DNA from: Takakia lepidozioides
Taxonomy: Eukaryota; Plantae; Bryophyta
Assembly (NCBI GenBank): GCA_030704615.1
Contig: CM060731.1
Location: 5,828,001-5,892,000, forward strand
DNA length: 64,000 nt
Direction of reading: 5' to 3'
The position numbers and the translations under genes are program-made. The notes beneath the pieces were generated by a model. That model saw only the letters and a program-made list of their open reading frames with translations. It had not been told where the DNA came from and did not search any database. This document shows, piece after piece, positions 60,505 to 64,000 of this stretch (positions within the stretch are counted from its first letter, which is position 1; each line of letters opens with the position of its first letter).

Positions 60505-63500
60505 TTACTGGTAGGCAAGACATAAGTCCGACCTTTCTGTGGCCAGACTCAGAGGTACTTGCAGCAGTACAGTTCTACTACAACTGAAACTCCGAAAAGG
60601 ATGGGCGTACCATGGTTGGGGACCGCAAGCCAAGCTCACTGGTCCCCTGGATCCATATTCAGAAGAGTGCACCTCTTGGGGGCTCAACCTTGGTGCATGT
60701 ATGAAGTGATGAGTTGTGGAATTACACCGGAGTCTCTTTAGGTACCGTATTACAGATGCTTGCAAGGGCAGTATGATGCCCCCTTGTTCGCCATGATTTG
60801 GAAGTCGGTGCAATTGCAGGTGGGTAATTCTGAAATGGTGATGGTGTACACTTCATTGCAAACAGCTGAGCCTGTCGTGGCCATCTGATACACACGCCCG
60901 AAGCCTGGTGGGGGCACTTCTGTCGAGCTCTGGATTGTACAGTTCATCCGAAGTGCATTCCCATCCTTGTCTCGTTCACTTTGAGGAGGTCGCCCGCCGC
61001 CCTCTTCTTTTTCCCCCAACGGTGTGTAGGATGCTTAGAGCTGTTGTGTCCCATTGTTTCTTGCTCTCACACAGGGGTCGGTGGTGTGGAGGCTGTGGAA
61101 GCGGAAATGGTTGTCTGGGGACGTCAGTGCGCTGCACCACCATCCAAAATCCTGCGGCGGTAAGGGCGTCGGCCTCACTTGACTCAAATCGCAGCCTGGT
61201 TCCACCGGCCACACTGGGGGAGCCTCTGGCATTGTTTGTATGCCGTACTTGGGCTTTCCATACACGCAAGTCATAATGTCGTGCCTGCAGAACCAGAACT
61301 GGGTGGGTTGTCGCCTCCGCAAACTTTGCATGGACAAATCTTCCCTGTAAAAGTAGGAGCAGGGACAGCCCCATCTGGATTCCTCCTTATCATCTCTAAA
61401 CAACGTTGCCGTGTATCCACTCGAATTGCGGAACACATGCCTCGAAACGACGGCTTTGTGCGAGCATTCTCCACTGTGACGCAGACACAGTGTCTCCACA
61501 ATGGCTTGGCCATACTGCATAACAGCGGGCGGAATCTGGGGCAAGCAAGCGGTGGGAATTTGTCGCACGGAATCCCCGTTTGAAGGCGATGGCGATCTGG
61601 AATTTCTTGGGCTTCCACTGATGGAGACACATTGTGCGGCAACATGACGGGACCTCGAGGTGCTGTCCGAATGTTCCGGTCGGATCTGTAGGAATCCTCT
61701 TCGCACCCGGGTTCCTCTTCAATCCTCTGCCTCACAGGGCAAGTACGGACGTCCCCCTCTAGGTGTTCACCTCTACGGTGCAGAGGCGTCCCTTTCACCT
61801 TCCCTTGCAATGCTGTCGCCCATTTCAGTGGATTCTTCGACCTCGAAGCTGTTCGTACCAACAATTCCTCCCTGTCCGCCGCCCAAGCCCCATTGTTTCC
61901 CGCTCAGGAACTTGTAGTACGTGGCTTGCTGCATGATTGCTCAGTCGATGTCCTCCGTTGTGGCCGTCACTACGTCCACCAAATGTGCGGCGAAGACGCT
62001 CGAAGCGCTTCGCCAGGAGGAGTGATATTGCATCTGTGTCCAGGTTCGTGTTCGGCAAGTCCGTATTGGACTCCTACGCACCCGCTCCAAGGACACAAAC
62101 AATGGTGAGGGACCAATGGAAAGGTCCGTAATAGAAGACAATTGCACGAAAATGACAGCATCATACCTCTCGCATGTACTGTCCGAGATGTCGATACCGG
62201 AAATGCCACCATCCCAACCAGCTGTGCAAGGCTCCCAGATTGGTTGTCTCCACTACACCTGACGTGTTCCACCAAGCCTCGATGATAGCAAACTTAACCT
62301 CCGCGTCATCAAATGTGGTGCATCCTTCCACGTCGTACAAAGGACACGGTGTTCAGCCTGGAATGAGCTAGCAACAAATTTGATAGTGTAGTGAGATAGA
62401 CTCTGCATCCAATGGATCCACAGGATCTCTCTTTCCCCTCCAGTGGAACATTGGGGTCCTCACCATACACACGCGGCACCGCGTCCAGTTGGCCTGAGCG
62501 TTGTCTACCATGAATCCCCTGAAATTGGGCTCTGGCAATCCCGCCCTTGCCATCTGCTCGTTTATGCCCTCCCACAAATGCATCTCCGACTGTGTGTCCT
62601 CCCTTTTCATCTCACAGATTGCAATCGTCATGAGCCTCTTGGAGTGATAGTCATAAACATGCGCCCCATAGTCACCTACTGATGGTTTGTAATTCGCTTG
62701 ATGTGATCAAACATCACCCAAGCATTCGACAAGTTTCCAGTTGTCATACATACAAGTGACCAAGTCGACTCCACTCCCAGGCCCACACGTCGACATTTTG
62801 AAAATGTAACAACGATCGGATTCGCTGCCTTGCCCTGGAACCTGCTACCTTGGATGTAGTCATATCCAGTCATTCGTTTCACCTCCAGGATTGAGTGCAT
62901 GTCCGACCCCCGCCGAACCCCGCTTGCAAGATACGATGTGATTCCACACATTCGACTACAAACGTGCGAGACACGGACTCCAACAGGTCAAGCATCTCCT
63001 CTTCGTTCAAGGGCACTTGGTCTGAACCATCTTCAGACATGATTTTGCCAAGAGCAATCTTGGGGCTGCCTTCAACTGAATCTGCTTTGTCTGGCTCCGG
63101 GCTCAATTTCACCTCCTCTTTTATGATGTCGTGTGCTTCCTACACAGCCTCCCGCATGTTGTCTCTCGCCAAGGGGTGGCAGTGGACCCCAACGTGTATG
63201 CAAGCTCTAGTCAAGTCCGGGAGCAAATGGATTACGTATATATTGGCTCTGCTCTGCACTGGACATGCACGTCGGTGGTTCTTTGCAATGTGCGCACTTG
63301 AAGTACCGCCGGAGCTTGTTGGAGACAATGAATGGATGATGGTTTGTGCCAGTCCAATCCGTCTCGTTTCTTTTCTCCGTCCTCCTTTGGAGAGAAAGTG
63401 GAAGCAGGCGGGATTGAGGCAACCTCAGCTTCCCCGCACAGAGGACGTATCGTACACGAACACCATCAGCAATTTTCGTGCTACTCTGGTCTTCGTCACA

Positions 63501-63800
63501 CACACAGGGGTGTCCGTCATGCTTTCGATCCATGTCTGTTAACATCCCTGAGGCTTTGTTTGAGGAAGTAACACGTGGAAACTCGAAGATGACATTGCCA
63601 TCGACTTTGGGAGGCAGATACGTTACCTTCCTGACTGGAAATTTGGCATAGTCAAGAGTACCAGCTCGGAGTGAGAACCATCGAGGTGATGTTGCCGTAG
63701 GAGCTGCACAATGGACCAGGTTGGAGTTATGCTCGAGGGTACATGCGTACACTTGCAGAGACGTCATGTCGGATTTGAACGACCGTGTGGAGGACATGGG
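60505..63800 (-). mobile_element. Degenerate MULE-like transposase with an N-terminal Cys/His (GCM/WRKY-like) region and a C-terminal SWIM finger
   Basis: YLPPKVDGNVIFEFP..DGH..C; CAHC..HVGVHCHP; VMFDH; FMVDNAQANW; YTITISELPTCNCTDF..CPCKHL (SWIM CxC..CxH). Many frameshifts. Confidence 0.75.
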
Positions 63801-64000
63801 GACCTCAATGCACCCATCTTCCTCGTCGGAATGTCGAATACGTCCACACGAGAACTATGGAGGGTCTTGACGGTCCAGGTCGGGAATGATTATCGTTGCA
63901 TACCTCTCTGTTGGTAGTGGCCGCCTGTCGGTTTCCGGACTCCTTTGCGGATGGTGTGGGCAGCGACTGATTCGGAAAGGGAATAGGCATTCCCACACTC

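Overview
Eukaryotic nuclear DNA from a non-seed land plant (bryophyte- or lycophyte-like; inferred from spliceosomal introns, a PLS-class PPR gene, plastid sigma factor and GC1 fragments, and the transposon families). 1-13.3 kb is a stack of nested, truncated transposons. Three of them carry chromatin reader/writer domains: a Ty3/Gypsy pol whose integrase ends in a PHD finger, a CACTA element carrying a SET-domain ORF, and an element with a hAT-like end (5'-CAGGGATG) carrying an intron-containing beta-class N6-adenine/N4-cytosine DNA methyltransferase-like gene. Host genes: a Glo3-type ArfGAP (17278-25097, with a LINE concatemer in intron 5), an ACD32.1-like small HSP (26814-29814), an MPPE1/Cdc1 metallophosphoesterase (minus strand, 39453-41780) and a BRPF/Jade-like double-PZP protein (44125-53013). 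32-38 kb is a chimera of captured gene fragments (GC1, sigma factor, a copy of part of the PZP gene) ending in a long inverted repeat. 54-57 kb is an array of ~40-45 bp palindromes followed by a truncated ParB-like ORF, then a decayed PPR gene and a degenerate MULE/SWIM transposon. Best candidate for an undescribed system: a transposon-borne amino-DNA-methyltransferase (possibly a ParB-MTase fusion family) alongside TE-borne SET and PHD modules. All protein-family calls are by motif recognition; no database searches were run.
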